A stretch of DNA of 64,000 bases from a virus (Duplodnaviria; Caudoviricetes). The notes beneath the pieces were generated by a model. That model was given only the letters and a program-made list of their open reading frames with translations. It did not search any database and was not told the origin of the DNA. The position numbers and the translations under genes are program-made. The DNA is taken from IMG/VR virus record IMGVR_UViG_3300031555_001437; one strand, 5' to 3'. Below are positions 49,163-58,117 of this stretch, piece by piece; position 1 is the stretch's first letter, and each line of letters opens with the position of its first letter.

Positions 49163-49191
49163 ATTATAACATAATTTACTTAATTTGTCAA
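49163..49191 (-). promoter_or_regulatory. Consensus sigma-A promoter heading the RNA/TROVE/tRNA operon
   Basis: TTGACA-17-TATAAT with TG. Confidence 0.85.
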
Positions 49192-49224
49192 GTGCTTTTG
49201 TAATCGTTTACAATTTATTTACAA

Positions 49225-49629
49225 TTACCATTTCTCTTGAGCAAACCCATTTTCGATACTGTAATATATTTTTTTAATTTTGCACTCTTTGATTAACTGC
49301 TCACATCCACAACATGGCTTTGCCATTGCAAGTCGTCCGTCTTTATGCTGACGATAAACATAAATAGATGCTTTGCTTAAATCTACACCGCGTCGAATCA
49401 ACGGAATAAGAGCGTCAACCTCTGCGTGTTTGTACCCTGGACATGTGCAGCCAAATCGCCTTGTATCAATCTGAGCTTGAATACTATGCGTTCTACTATG
49501 GCTGTTCCGTCCAGATGAAATAATTTTGTGCCTATCTACAACAACACACCCAAGTTTATATTGCTTATGATCGCTCAATTCCGACATAGCCTTGGCAGCG
49601 TTAAAATACGAGATTTCAGTACGCGTCAT
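49225..49629 (-). CDS. Cytidine/dCMP deaminase-superfamily protein
   Basis: LGCVVV, HAEVDA, PCCGC Zn motifs. Confidence 0.85.
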   Translation of the reverse strand: MTRTEISYFNAAKAMSELSDHKQYKLGCVVVDRHKIISSGRNSHSRTHSIQAQIDTRRFGCTCPGYKHAEVDALIPLIRRGVDLSKASIYVYRQHKDGRLAMAKPCCGCEQLIKECKIKKIYYSIENGFAQEKW

Positions 49630-49841
49630 ACCACGAAATCTGCAATGTGCGAATAAATATCATGTTCACACTCTACATATACTTCAGACCAGTCCATGGT
49701 CGCCACAGCGCCAATTAGTGACTTTGCGCTCACACGATAACTGTCACCGTCAATCAAGTCGATCTTGTGTGTAAACTGAGAGCAAATACTTACAAATCTA
49801 TTAATATCACTTAGAGTGTCCAATCTAATCTTATGTTTCAT
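49626..49841 (-). CDS. HPr-like protein lacking His15
   Basis: FVSICSQFTHKIDL...RVSAKSLIG (Ser46 motif). Confidence 0.75.
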   Translation of the reverse strand: MKHKIRLDTLSDINRFVSICSQFTHKIDLIDGDSYRVSAKSLIGAVATMDWSEVYVECEHDIYSHIADFVV

Positions 49842-49899
49842 CTTTTATCCTTTCTGTGGTGGTTGCGGAGCCCGAAGGCCCCACAACCTATATGCTTAA

Positions 49900-50868
49900 T
49901 TACTTAGACAGAATGTCGGTAGGAATAACCACGCTGCCATCGCCAGAGACCATAGGCAGATCACCGCTCCACTGCTCAATGAGAAGCTTATTGATAAGCT
50001 CATCAGTAAGAGACTCTGCAATCTTCTGGTTTGCCTCCGCCTCAGCCTCAGCTGCAATACGAACCTTCTCTGCGTCTGCCTCTGCTGCAATCAGCACCTT
50101 CTCTGCCTCAATTGCTGCAACTTCCTTGTCTCTGTTCGCGTTGGTAAGAGCGACTTCCTTATCCTTCTCTGCATTCATGAGTGCTACATTCTTGTCCTTC
50201 TCCGCCTGGATCAGTGCAGTCTTAGCCTCAATCTCAGCCAGCTCCAGCTCCTGCTGAGCTGTTACCTTCTTCTGAATTGCCTCTGCAGTTTCATCATCAA
50301 CGGAGATGTTAGTAAAGTTAACGGTGTCGATGATAATGCCGTAAGGCTCGAACTTCTCTCTCAAATAAACATCAAGCTCTGCGTTGATCTGCGTTCTCTT
50401 GTCACCAAAGATATCAGTTACAGGATAGTTTGCTGAAATCTCCTGTGTCCAAGCAATAATCTTAGGCTTGATGAACGTATCCTTAATCTCCTCACCAGAA
50501 CGACCCTTGAATGCTACGAAGGTATCAGTTACTCTGGCTGCATCAAACTTGTAAGAAAACTCAAGGTCAACACGGACAGTCTTACCATCTGCGGTAGGAA
50601 TGTTAAAGCTTTCGTCCTTCTTAGAGTCGCCCTTACTTGCTTCAGTTAGATACGACTGCTCGATACCGATAGAATATGCCGTAACCTTCTTAGTAGGAGC
50701 AACGAAGTGCCAGCCCTGCGTAAGAACCTCACCATCAACGCCACCACTCATGTTGTAAACAACACCGACATAACCAGCGTCAACCTTTGTCAAGCACGAA
50801 AGGCAGACAATCAGACCGATAAAAATGATTGCGCCAAGAATAATTGCACCAATATAACCCTTTTTCAT
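49900..50868 (-). CDS. SPFH / band-7 (prohibitin-like) membrane protein
   Basis: N-terminal TM; AGYVGVV...GWHFVAP; AEAEAEAN coiled coil; W.G.LP C-terminus. Confidence 0.9.
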   Translation of the reverse strand: MKKGYIGAIILGAIIFIGLIVCLSCLTKVDAGYVGVVYNMSGGVDGEVLTQGWHFVAPTKKVTAYSIGIEQSYLTEASKGDSKKDESFNIPTADGKTVRVDLEFSYKFDAARVTDTFVAFKGRSGEEIKDTFIKPKIIAWTQEISANYPVTDIFGDKRTQINAELDVYLREKFEPYGIIIDTVNFTNISVDDETAEAIQKKVTAQQELELAEIEAKTALIQAEKDKNVALMNAEKDKEVALTNANRDKEVAAIEAEKVLIAAEADAEKVRIAAEAEAEANQKIAESLTDELINKLLIEQWSGDLPMVSGDGSVVIPTDILSK

Positions 50869-50870
50869 TA

Positions 50871-51035
50871 TTAATTCTCCTTATCTTCTTCTTTTGTTTT
50901 TTCTCCGAACATTGCTTCTTTTGCATCGTCAACCAATCTAGAACCGAGCTTTCCTAGCGGTCTATATAAGAACGAACACAGCAGCCACAGCAATGCTCCT
51001 GCTGCAAATGCACCTAAAATCAATACTGGATTCAT
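50871..51035 (-). CDS. Small membrane protein (54 aa; not in ORF track)
   Basis: MNPVLILGAFAAGALLWLLCSFLYRPLG...; GAGGTG RBS. Confidence 0.65.
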   Translation of the reverse strand: MNPVLILGAFAAGALLWLLCSFLYRPLGKLGSRLVDDAKEAMFGEKTKEEDKEN

Positions 51036-51045
51036 GATGCACCTC

Positions 51046-51300
51046 TTACTTCTCGTTGATGAGAATCGTGTTGAATGAACTTGCTAGATAAACAGTGCCA
51101 TCATCTGCGATGATTTGAAGTTGCTCTCCGTCGTAGTCTCGCCACTGCTTGATGTTGACGTCAAACGTCTGACCGTCGCCGTAAGTGATGATTGCTCGCG
51201 TGTACGTTTTGTTGGTATCAAACAGGTCTTGGTTGCCACAAGATACCAGCATTGTTGATAACGCAATCACTGCAATGATAAACGCAATAATTCTTTTCAT
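51046..51300 (-). CDS. Putative lipoprotein
   Basis: MKRIIAFIIAVIALSTMLVSC lipobox; AAGGAG RBS. Confidence 0.75.
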   Translation of the reverse strand: MKRIIAFIIAVIALSTMLVSCGNQDLFDTNKTYTRAIITYGDGQTFDVNIKQWRDYDGEQLQIIADDGTVYLASSFNTILINEK

Positions 51301-51336
51301 GTGTTCTCCTTTCATTTTGTCGCGTTTTGTGAACAT

Positions 51337-51365
51337 ATTATAACATAGTTTCCACAATTTGTCAA
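51337..51365 (-). promoter_or_regulatory. Consensus sigma-A promoter
   Basis: TTGACA-17-TATAAT with TG. Confidence 0.85.
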
Positions 51366-51371
51366 GTACTT

Positions 51372-51605
51372 TTAGAAACCGTTTACAAATTGTTTACATT
51401 CTTCATATGTGCCGAACAGATACGACTCTGGCCACAGACCAGTATCCTGTAGAAGCTCGTAAAATATCTTTACGTCGTCTTCTATTTTGATTACTATTCT
51501 GCAAACAGTATACGGCATTGTGCTTATGAATGTCTCTCCGTCATAACAATATGATTTGTATACGGAGTCTTCTACATTGAATTTTGTGTTAACGTTAATG
51601 TTCAT
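51372..51605 (-). CDS. Hypothetical protein
   Basis: GAGGAG RBS; has its own promoter. Confidence 0.65.
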   Translation of the reverse strand: MNINVNTKFNVEDSVYKSYCYDGETFISTMPYTVCRIVIKIEDDVKIFYELLQDTGLWPESYLFGTYEECKQFVNGF

Positions 51606-51634
51606 AATCGCTCCTCGTGTTCTGAAGTGCCTAT

Positions 51635-51663
51635 ATTATAACATATTTGTCGAAATTTGTCAA
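51635..51663 (-). promoter_or_regulatory. Consensus sigma-A promoter
   Basis: TTGACA-17-TATAAT with TG. Confidence 0.85.
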
Positions 51664-51722
51664 GCGCCTTGTTGATTTATTTACAATTCGTTAACAATTA
51701 GCCGCCTTGCGGCGGCCGCATG

Positions 51723-54700
51723 TTAAACGACAGTGTAGCTGGAGAGCCAAAGGTCTTCCTTACTGTAGTCTTGAGACCAAGTACCGTCCTCAAGTCTTTT
51801 CCAGCCAGGTTTTTTATCAATAAAATACTTGATTACTTGTCCTACGGCAATAGGCATTTGCTCGTAAGATTTTTTCTTGAGTTTGACAACTGTTGTTTGA
51901 CCGTTGCTAAGGCAATAAAGTTGTGCTCTGAATGTACTATAACGAGTGTCAATATCCATGATTACCGCCGTGTTCTGCGCAGATGGGTCTACATATGATA
52001 TATAACCACACATTTCCTGCTGCGTTTGCAGTTTTGTCTGCAATGGGATATCTGTATCTGGGATACAAGAGCACAAATAAGTAAGCATAGTGTTCATGTT
52101 TTCATCATCAAACTTATACATTTTTGCAGTTTCAGACACGCAATACTTACCTAAAATTTCAATTGGAATTGCCGTATTGTCTTTTTTTATTTGTTTTTTG
52201 CCACGAAGTGCGTTATATAGATCAATAATCTTTAAGAGCTTCTGCGCCTTTCCGAACTCAGAGAAGAAATCGAGCTTTACGAGTAAGTCGAGCTGTCTTG
52301 AATCAAGCGGAGAGATATCCAGAAAATCTATGAAACTATTAAACTTCATATCTTTCATTTCGTACAACTTATCGGATGCACTAGAATTCATGTATTTGAT
52401 TGACTCTAGCCCTTTATAGATAGAATTCGTTTCCTTGCTCATATGATAACCGCTGCGTGAATAGCGGAATTTTGGAGGAGAAATCTTAATACCAACTTTA
52501 TTTGCATATTTTGTGATAGCTACAATCTTGTCTTCCTTGCCAGTAAACGTATTAAAGGCTGCGGTTAGAAACTCAAGAGGATAATAGTGGCGCAAAAATC
52601 CACACACATAACCAATACAACTATATGCATCGGAATGATTCCAGCTAAACCCGTATGAAGATGCATCGAGAATAATCTGCAAGAACGGCTTAATAACTTC
52701 TTGGCATCTTTCTTTGGTTATATCGTAGTGCGTTGACGAATACTCAATAAATCTACGTTCGATTTCAGGAAGAAGCTGTTCTGTGCCTTTTTTCTTCGCA
52801 ATACCACGACGAACATTATCGGACTCCGCACTAGAATATCCACAAAACTTAACAAGAAACTGCATAATGGTTTCCTGCATACATACTCGCCCAGCCTCTG
52901 GAGCAAGAAACTCATTTAATTCCTTGAAGCCATTATCGTAGAATACTCCATCTGCTACCTCATCACGATAACTTGCGCAAGCTGGTCTCAACAATCCATT
53001 ACCAAACGAGAACCACTTAATATAAGAAAAATTCTTGCTTTGCTCTTTCGCTTTAGCAACTACAGCGTCTGACATAAATCTCTTAAGATAAGCTGCTGCA
53101 CTATCAGACTCCCACTGGAATATCATCGTGGTGTCATCCCTAATACTACGCCAAACGGCCTCGTCCTCAAGATCTACGTTATCTGGGGTTAATCTATCAA
53201 TGCCAACAAGTTTACAACATTCATTGATTACGCCAATATTATCCAGACCAAGGATGTCTAACTTGACATACATCTGGTCATCTAACCCATGCATATCCAA
53301 CATTGATACAGGATAGTCAGATGTAGAAAGGCTACACAATCCAACATCGGCCTCGATCTCCCTGTCGCTTACAAGAACGCCGCTTGGGTGTGAGCCAATA
53401 GAAACAATTGTCCCAGAAACAATGTTAACATATTTGAAAACTTCTGGATACTTTTCCTTCCACTTGTCATCAATAGTTCCATCAATATTTACGGCATCGC
53501 TAATCTGTTGTGCTTCATCAAGAGAAATACTTAGCGCTCTGCACACATCCTTAATTGCTCCCTTTGTGGCAATAGTGTTAAACGTAATAATCTCGCTTGT
53601 CTTGATATGCGGTAAGTTCATTCTGTCGTGTAGTAGGAAGTATTTAATTTTTTCTCTATCTTTTGAACAGTAGTCTGTATCAATATCTGCATTGGTGACA
53701 CGCCCAGGATTCATAAAGCGAAAATAGTTAAGATTAAACTTTAAACTATCCATCTGGGTGATACCTAGCACATAAGCAATCAAACTGCCCGATACAGAAC
53801 CACGCCCATATCCACACTGGATGTCATTTTCGTGCTCCCACTCTCTCAAATACGTCTCAAGAAGCATAAAGTCAATTGCCCCGACCTTCTTGTAAACATC
53901 ATATTCTTCTCTGATTTGTTTCATAACTTGCGAGCTTGGATAGCGAGTCTTCAAGAACGGATGCTTATTGTAAGCATTATTTATTTTTGTTTTAAATGTT
54001 TTATCTGGATCATCATAAATATGAGGATATTTTGTACGCCTATCTACCTCAAACGTTTCAACCATGTCCGCTATCTTATTTGTGTTCTCAATTGCTCTAA
54101 GATAGACATCTCTTGGCAACGACCCCTGCTCTTCGTAAGCAGAGCATAACTCTTCATAAGACTTGAAAGTTAAATCCCATCCGTCTTCATCGTCAAACCT
54201 AATACTTTTGCTTAATTGTAGGATTTTTCTCCCTTCTGCGTGCTCACTATTAAGAGAGTGCGTATCTGTACCAGCTACGAGTTGTAAATCATACATCGTG
54301 CTAAGTTCATAAAGTTTCTTGTTATAGACTTTTTGATCATCGACGTCGTGGTGCTGCACTTCCAAGAAACACCTCTCTTTATTTCGAATGATGAAATCAA
54401 GAAATTGTCTTTGAATTGCTTCCGATGCTCGATTCAAAATGCCACCAAGACACGCAGTGGATACAATAATATTGTCAGACGTTCCAAGCAAATCACCCAA
54501 TTCAATTCTTGGAGCATAGTAATAATGACCATCTTTGCGGTTAAACGACTTACTTGCTAGCCTGTTAATTTCTTTTACGCCATCAAAATTACGAGCAATA
54601 AGTAAGCAGTGCCAATTGTCACGAATTTTAATCGGATTACCCTTTTCGTCTATAGATATCTTTTCTGTTACATAAAACTCTGCGGCGTGAATATACTTCA

Positions 54701-54893
54701 TCCCAGCCTTTTCAATTGCCTCTTTCTTGCCATGCCAGTCAAAAACCGAGCCATGCTCAGAAAATGCAAGAGCGGTCATATTGAGTTCTTTGGCTCTATT
54801 AACGTAATCTTGGTATTTTGTGATACTGTCGATGTTTGTCACGCAGTTTGACATATCTGAATGCAAATGCAGTACCGTATAGTTATTGCTCAC
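51723..54893 (-). CDS. dnaE: DNA polymerase III alpha subunit (DnaE-type)
   Basis: PHP LHLHSDMS; GRGSVSGSL; ADIDTD; HPSGV; KLDILGL; YGFSWNHS. Confidence 0.95.
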   Translation of the reverse strand: MSNNYTVLHLHSDMSNCVTNIDSITKYQDYVNRAKELNMTALAFSEHGSVFDWHGKKEAIEKAGMKYIHAAEFYVTEKISIDEKGNPIKIRDNWHCLLIARNFDGVKEINRLASKSFNRKDGHYYYAPRIELGDLLGTSDNIIVSTACLGGILNRASEAIQRQFLDFIIRNKERCFLEVQHHDVDDQKVYNKKLYELSTMYDLQLVAGTDTHSLNSEHAEGRKILQLSKSIRFDDEDGWDLTFKSYEELCSAYEEQGSLPRDVYLRAIENTNKIADMVETFEVDRRTKYPHIYDDPDKTFKTKINNAYNKHPFLKTRYPSSQVMKQIREEYDVYKKVGAIDFMLLETYLREWEHENDIQCGYGRGSVSGSLIAYVLGITQMDSLKFNLNYFRFMNPGRVTNADIDTDYCSKDREKIKYFLLHDRMNLPHIKTSEIITFNTIATKGAIKDVCRALSISLDEAQQISDAVNIDGTIDDKWKEKYPEVFKYVNIVSGTIVSIGSHPSGVLVSDREIEADVGLCSLSTSDYPVSMLDMHGLDDQMYVKLDILGLDNIGVINECCKLVGIDRLTPDNVDLEDEAVWRSIRDDTTMIFQWESDSAAAYLKRFMSDAVVAKAKEQSKNFSYIKWFSFGNGLLRPACASYRDEVADGVFYDNGFKELNEFLAPEAGRVCMQETIMQFLVKFCGYSSAESDNVRRGIAKKKGTEQLLPEIERRFIEYSSTHYDITKERCQEVIKPFLQIILDASSYGFSWNHSDAYSCIGYVCGFLRHYYPLEFLTAAFNTFTGKEDKIVAITKYANKVGIKISPPKFRYSRSGYHMSKETNSIYKGLESIKYMNSSASDKLYEMKDMKFNSFIDFLDISPLDSRQLDLLVKLDFFSEFGKAQKLLKIIDLYNALRGKKQIKKDNTAIPIEILGKYCVSETAKMYKFDDENMNTMLTYLCSCIPDTDIPLQTKLQTQQEMCGYISYVDPSAQNTAVIMDIDTRYSTFRAQLYCLSNGQTTVVKLKKKSYEQMPIAVGQVIKYFIDKKPGWKRLEDGTWSQDYSKEDLWLSSYTVV

Positions 54894-54926
54894 ATTATCA
54901 CCCCAAATTCATTTTGTTGCGTCGAT

Positions 54927-54955
54927 ATTATAACATATAATATTCATTTTGTCAA
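54927..54955 (-). promoter_or_regulatory. Consensus sigma-A promoter for dnaE
   Basis: TTGACA-17-TATAAT with TG. Confidence 0.85.
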
Positions 54956-54983
54956 GTACACCATTGCATTGTTTACAATTTAT

Positions 54984-55979
54984 TCATTTTGTCGTGTTGT
55001 TCTTTTCCTTGCAAAACTCTCTGTATTTTCTTGTATACTCATAAGCGCCACCAAAAATATTATTAACTGCAACAGACAGGCGCGGTTCGTGTTTATTGAT
55101 GACCTCTAACTCGTTTTCAAAATCCCTACCATAAGGACAACCGCAGCAACCAGTTCTCTTTAATCTGTATTTAGAATAACATTCGCTATGAACTACTCCA
55201 AAATGTTTCTCATATTCGCACTTATCGTTATCGGAATACCAAAACAGCGGTCTATAATTATCTGTCCCATTGTCATTGTTATCAAAACAGTTTTTATATA
55301 CAGTTTGTCTAAATCCACCCTCGGCCCTTCTTACACCAACAATGTTTAGATCATAGTTATTGTTTTTGATTAATTGTATTGCAACTTTCTTCTTTGCGTA
55401 ATTACAGCATTTATTAGAAATATAAAAATCGGGAGGATTTGCGATAATAAACTCCTTGAGCCATTTGTTGTATTTGATGTTAAAAGCAACACATGGTCTT
55501 TTGTTGCACCACCACTCCAACGCAGATTTACATTTTGGATATCGTGCATATAAAACATCAAAGTCTTCATCTTCCCATTTAAATCCGTGACGCTGTAGTC
55601 TCTCCATATATTCACTTACTCTTTTGCTCATAAATGGTTGTCCAAATTGTCTGCACGATGTTGGAATAGACACAATTGGCTTGCACGCTGTAATTTTTAT
55701 GTCATACCTTTTCTCCAAAAACTTTAAGTGTTCTTTTGTTGCGTTATACTCTAATCCAGTATCAAACCAAACATATTCTACCTTATTGCTTTTGTCACAT
55801 CTCCAACAAATATCAAGCATCACATCACTATCAGACCCACCCGACACAGAGCATATAATCTTTTTATATTTATCATCATTAATATATGTCCAAGCCTTAA
55901 TCATATTATCAATAATAACATCGTTCTTTGGACATTGCTTAATTGCGTCTTCTACGCCTTCAAATTTCTTTACTTCCAT
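54984..55979 (-). CDS. PAPS-reductase-family (PP-loop, Fe-S) protein, copy A
   Basis: SVSGGSDS, FDTGLEY, KCC..AKK, GVRRAEG..R, RTGCCGCP. Confidence 0.88.
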   Translation of the reverse strand: MEVKKFEGVEDAIKQCPKNDVIIDNMIKAWTYINDDKYKKIICSVSGGSDSDVMLDICWRCDKSNKVEYVWFDTGLEYNATKEHLKFLEKRYDIKITACKPIVSIPTSCRQFGQPFMSKRVSEYMERLQRHGFKWEDEDFDVLYARYPKCKSALEWWCNKRPCVAFNIKYNKWLKEFIIANPPDFYISNKCCNYAKKKVAIQLIKNNNYDLNIVGVRRAEGGFRQTVYKNCFDNNDNGTDNYRPLFWYSDNDKCEYEKHFGVVHSECYSKYRLKRTGCCGCPYGRDFENELEVINKHEPRLSVAVNNIFGGAYEYTRKYREFCKEKNNTTK

Positions 55980-55988
55980 ATTTATACC

Positions 55989-57065
55989 TCATCTTAACAA
56001 AGATATTGTTTGTACTAATGCGTCAACAACGAAATCAACTTCCTCTTTCGTGTTATTGTCAAACGTAAATCTGATCACATTGTTTTCCTTGATCCCAATC
56101 GCTCTAAGAACATGAGACCCGCTTGCATTGTTGCTATTACACGCAGAGCCAGACGACACACATATGCCTCGTTGCGCCAACATCAATACAAGCGTTTCTC
56201 CGTTGATACCATCAAAATAAATTGACGCATTATTTTTCAATCTATTATCATCGCAGGCACACCCAACCAACGAACAACCACTAATTGATGATAAAACTTT
56301 ATTCACAAAACAATCTCTGCATTCTGCTGTTGGGTATTCGATGGTTGCAATGGCTGCACTGAGACCAGCAATATATGGAACGTTTTCTGTTCCACCTCTA
56401 CGCGCATTCTCTTGCGACCCATAAATCAGAGGAGGCAGCTTTATCCCACGCTTTACATACAGCACACCAATGCCCTTTGGAGCTCCAAACTTTTGCCCAC
56501 TGAAAGACATCATATCGACGCCTTTTACATTAATTTTTCTATCTGGAATAATCTGTGTTGCGTCAGTATGCAAAATGCATTTGTACGAATGCACTAATCT
56601 GCTGATCTCAGCGATGTTTTGGATTGTTCCAATTTCATTATTCGCATATTGAATGCTTACTAAAGACGGTTGACTTTCTAATGCCCAACTCAATTCTTGC
56701 ATGTTAACAAACCCATTACTGTCTACGCCGATGATGGTTGTTCTGTCGCTATATGCCTCTGCAATGTTCATGATCGACTTGTGCTCAATTGATGTGGTAA
56801 CAAGACGATGATCACTTTCTTTTAAATAACCACAGATTGCATGGCTATTTGCTTCACACGCTCCAGATGTAAAAATAATTTCAGACGGATGAGCCCCAAT
56901 AAACTTCGCCACAGTTTTTCTGCCGAAATCAAGGATGTTTTTTGCATTACGGCCTAAAGGATGCAGAGAAGACGGATTTCCCCAGTGCTCTGTTAGGCAC
57001 TTGGTTATTTCCTCTACGACTTCTTTCTTGGGCTTGGTCGTAGCCGCATTGTCCATGTATATCAT
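55989..57065 (-). CDS. iscS: Cysteine desulfurase (IscS/DndA-like)
   Basis: YMDNAATT, GNPSS, NNEIG, HTDATQ, SGQKFGAPKG, RGGTEN, SSGSAC. Confidence 0.93.
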   Translation of the reverse strand: MIYMDNAATTKPKKEVVEEITKCLTEHWGNPSSLHPLGRNAKNILDFGRKTVAKFIGAHPSEIIFTSGACEANSHAICGYLKESDHRLVTTSIEHKSIMNIAEAYSDRTTIIGVDSNGFVNMQELSWALESQPSLVSIQYANNEIGTIQNIAEISRLVHSYKCILHTDATQIIPDRKINVKGVDMMSFSGQKFGAPKGIGVLYVKRGIKLPPLIYGSQENARRGGTENVPYIAGLSAAIATIEYPTAECRDCFVNKVLSSISGCSLVGCACDDNRLKNNASIYFDGINGETLVLMLAQRGICVSSGSACNSNNASGSHVLRAIGIKENNVIRFTFDNNTKEEVDFVVDALVQTISLLR

Positions 57066-58102
57066 CCCTTGGTCTCCTTTTTCTGTTTCTTCTTTTCGTC
57101 GCGAAAAGCCCTATATCTTCTTGTGTAATCGTATGCGTCCTTAAAAATATTGCTAATAGCCTTATAAAGCTTAGGTTCATATTTTTCAATCGCTAGCAGA
57201 TCTATTTCGAACCGAGCATTAAAGGGGCAGCCAGCACATCCAGTTCTCAAAAAACCATAATCTGTATAACATCTACTATGCTCTACTTTATAAAACTCTT
57301 CATATTCCAATCTGTCTTGATTGGTGAACCAATATATCGGATAAAAATCATCATATGCCTTTGATTTGTCAGAGCTATCTGATGTATTGTCCGAAAAACA
57401 AGACTTAATAGCTGTTGCTCTGACTCCACCCTCGGCTTTTCTCAATCCTAAGCACTTTAAATCTATGTGAGACTCTTTTTCATATAATTTACTGGGGTTC
57501 TTTTTCGCTCCTTCGCAGCATCTTGGAGAAACCAAAAAGGTGGGAGGGTTTGCGATCATAAATTCTTTCAAAAACGCCATGTGGTTAATGTTGTAGTCTG
57601 GCTTAGTATTACACCACCATTTTAAAGCGCTTTTACAATGCGGATACTTGGCAACCAACTCTTCATAACTCTTTGGACCATCGTTTGCAAAATCAAAATT
57701 ATTGTTTTGTAACGTTCGTATTTTACCAGACGCATCTTTACTTAAAAACGGAATGCCATACTGTCTACATCCAAGAGGGACAGGCACCGACGATCTCAAT
57801 CTTTTAATTGATATATGGTATTTCTCTTCAAGATACGTAAGATGGTCTTTGGTTGCTTGGTACTCGATTCCAGTGTCAAAAAACACATACTCAATTTTAT
57901 TGTCCTTATCCACTCTCCATAACACATCCAGCATCACGTCACTATCGGCTCCACCAGAGACAGAGCAGAAAACTTTCTTATATTTATCGTCATTAATTAC
58001 GCTGTATGCTTTTATCAAACTTTCTTTTATTGTTTTATTTTGAGGGCAATTCTCAAGCAAATCCGTCAGATCTGACACCCTCTTTATTTCTTGCGCGCTC
58101 AT
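57062..58102 (-). CDS. PAPS-reductase-family (PP-loop, Fe-S) protein, copy B
   Basis: SVSGGADS, FDTGIEY, RCC..AKK, GLRKAEG..R, RTGCAGCP. Confidence 0.88.
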   Translation of the reverse strand: MSAQEIKRVSDLTDLLENCPQNKTIKESLIKAYSVINDDKYKKVFCSVSGGADSDVMLDVLWRVDKDNKIEYVFFDTGIEYQATKDHLTYLEEKYHISIKRLRSSVPVPLGCRQYGIPFLSKDASGKIRTLQNNNFDFANDGPKSYEELVAKYPHCKSALKWWCNTKPDYNINHMAFLKEFMIANPPTFLVSPRCCEGAKKNPSKLYEKESHIDLKCLGLRKAEGGVRATAIKSCFSDNTSDSSDKSKAYDDFYPIYWFTNQDRLEYEEFYKVEHSRCYTDYGFLRTGCAGCPFNARFEIDLLAIEKYEPKLYKAISNIFKDAYDYTRRYRAFRDEKKKQKKETKG

Positions 58103-58117
58103 AACATTGCCTCCGAT

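Noticed and set aside
51723-54893. Intein or intron in dnaE (also checked nrdD and primase)
   Set aside because: Ordinary lengths, contiguous motifs, and no C...HN intein ends recognised.
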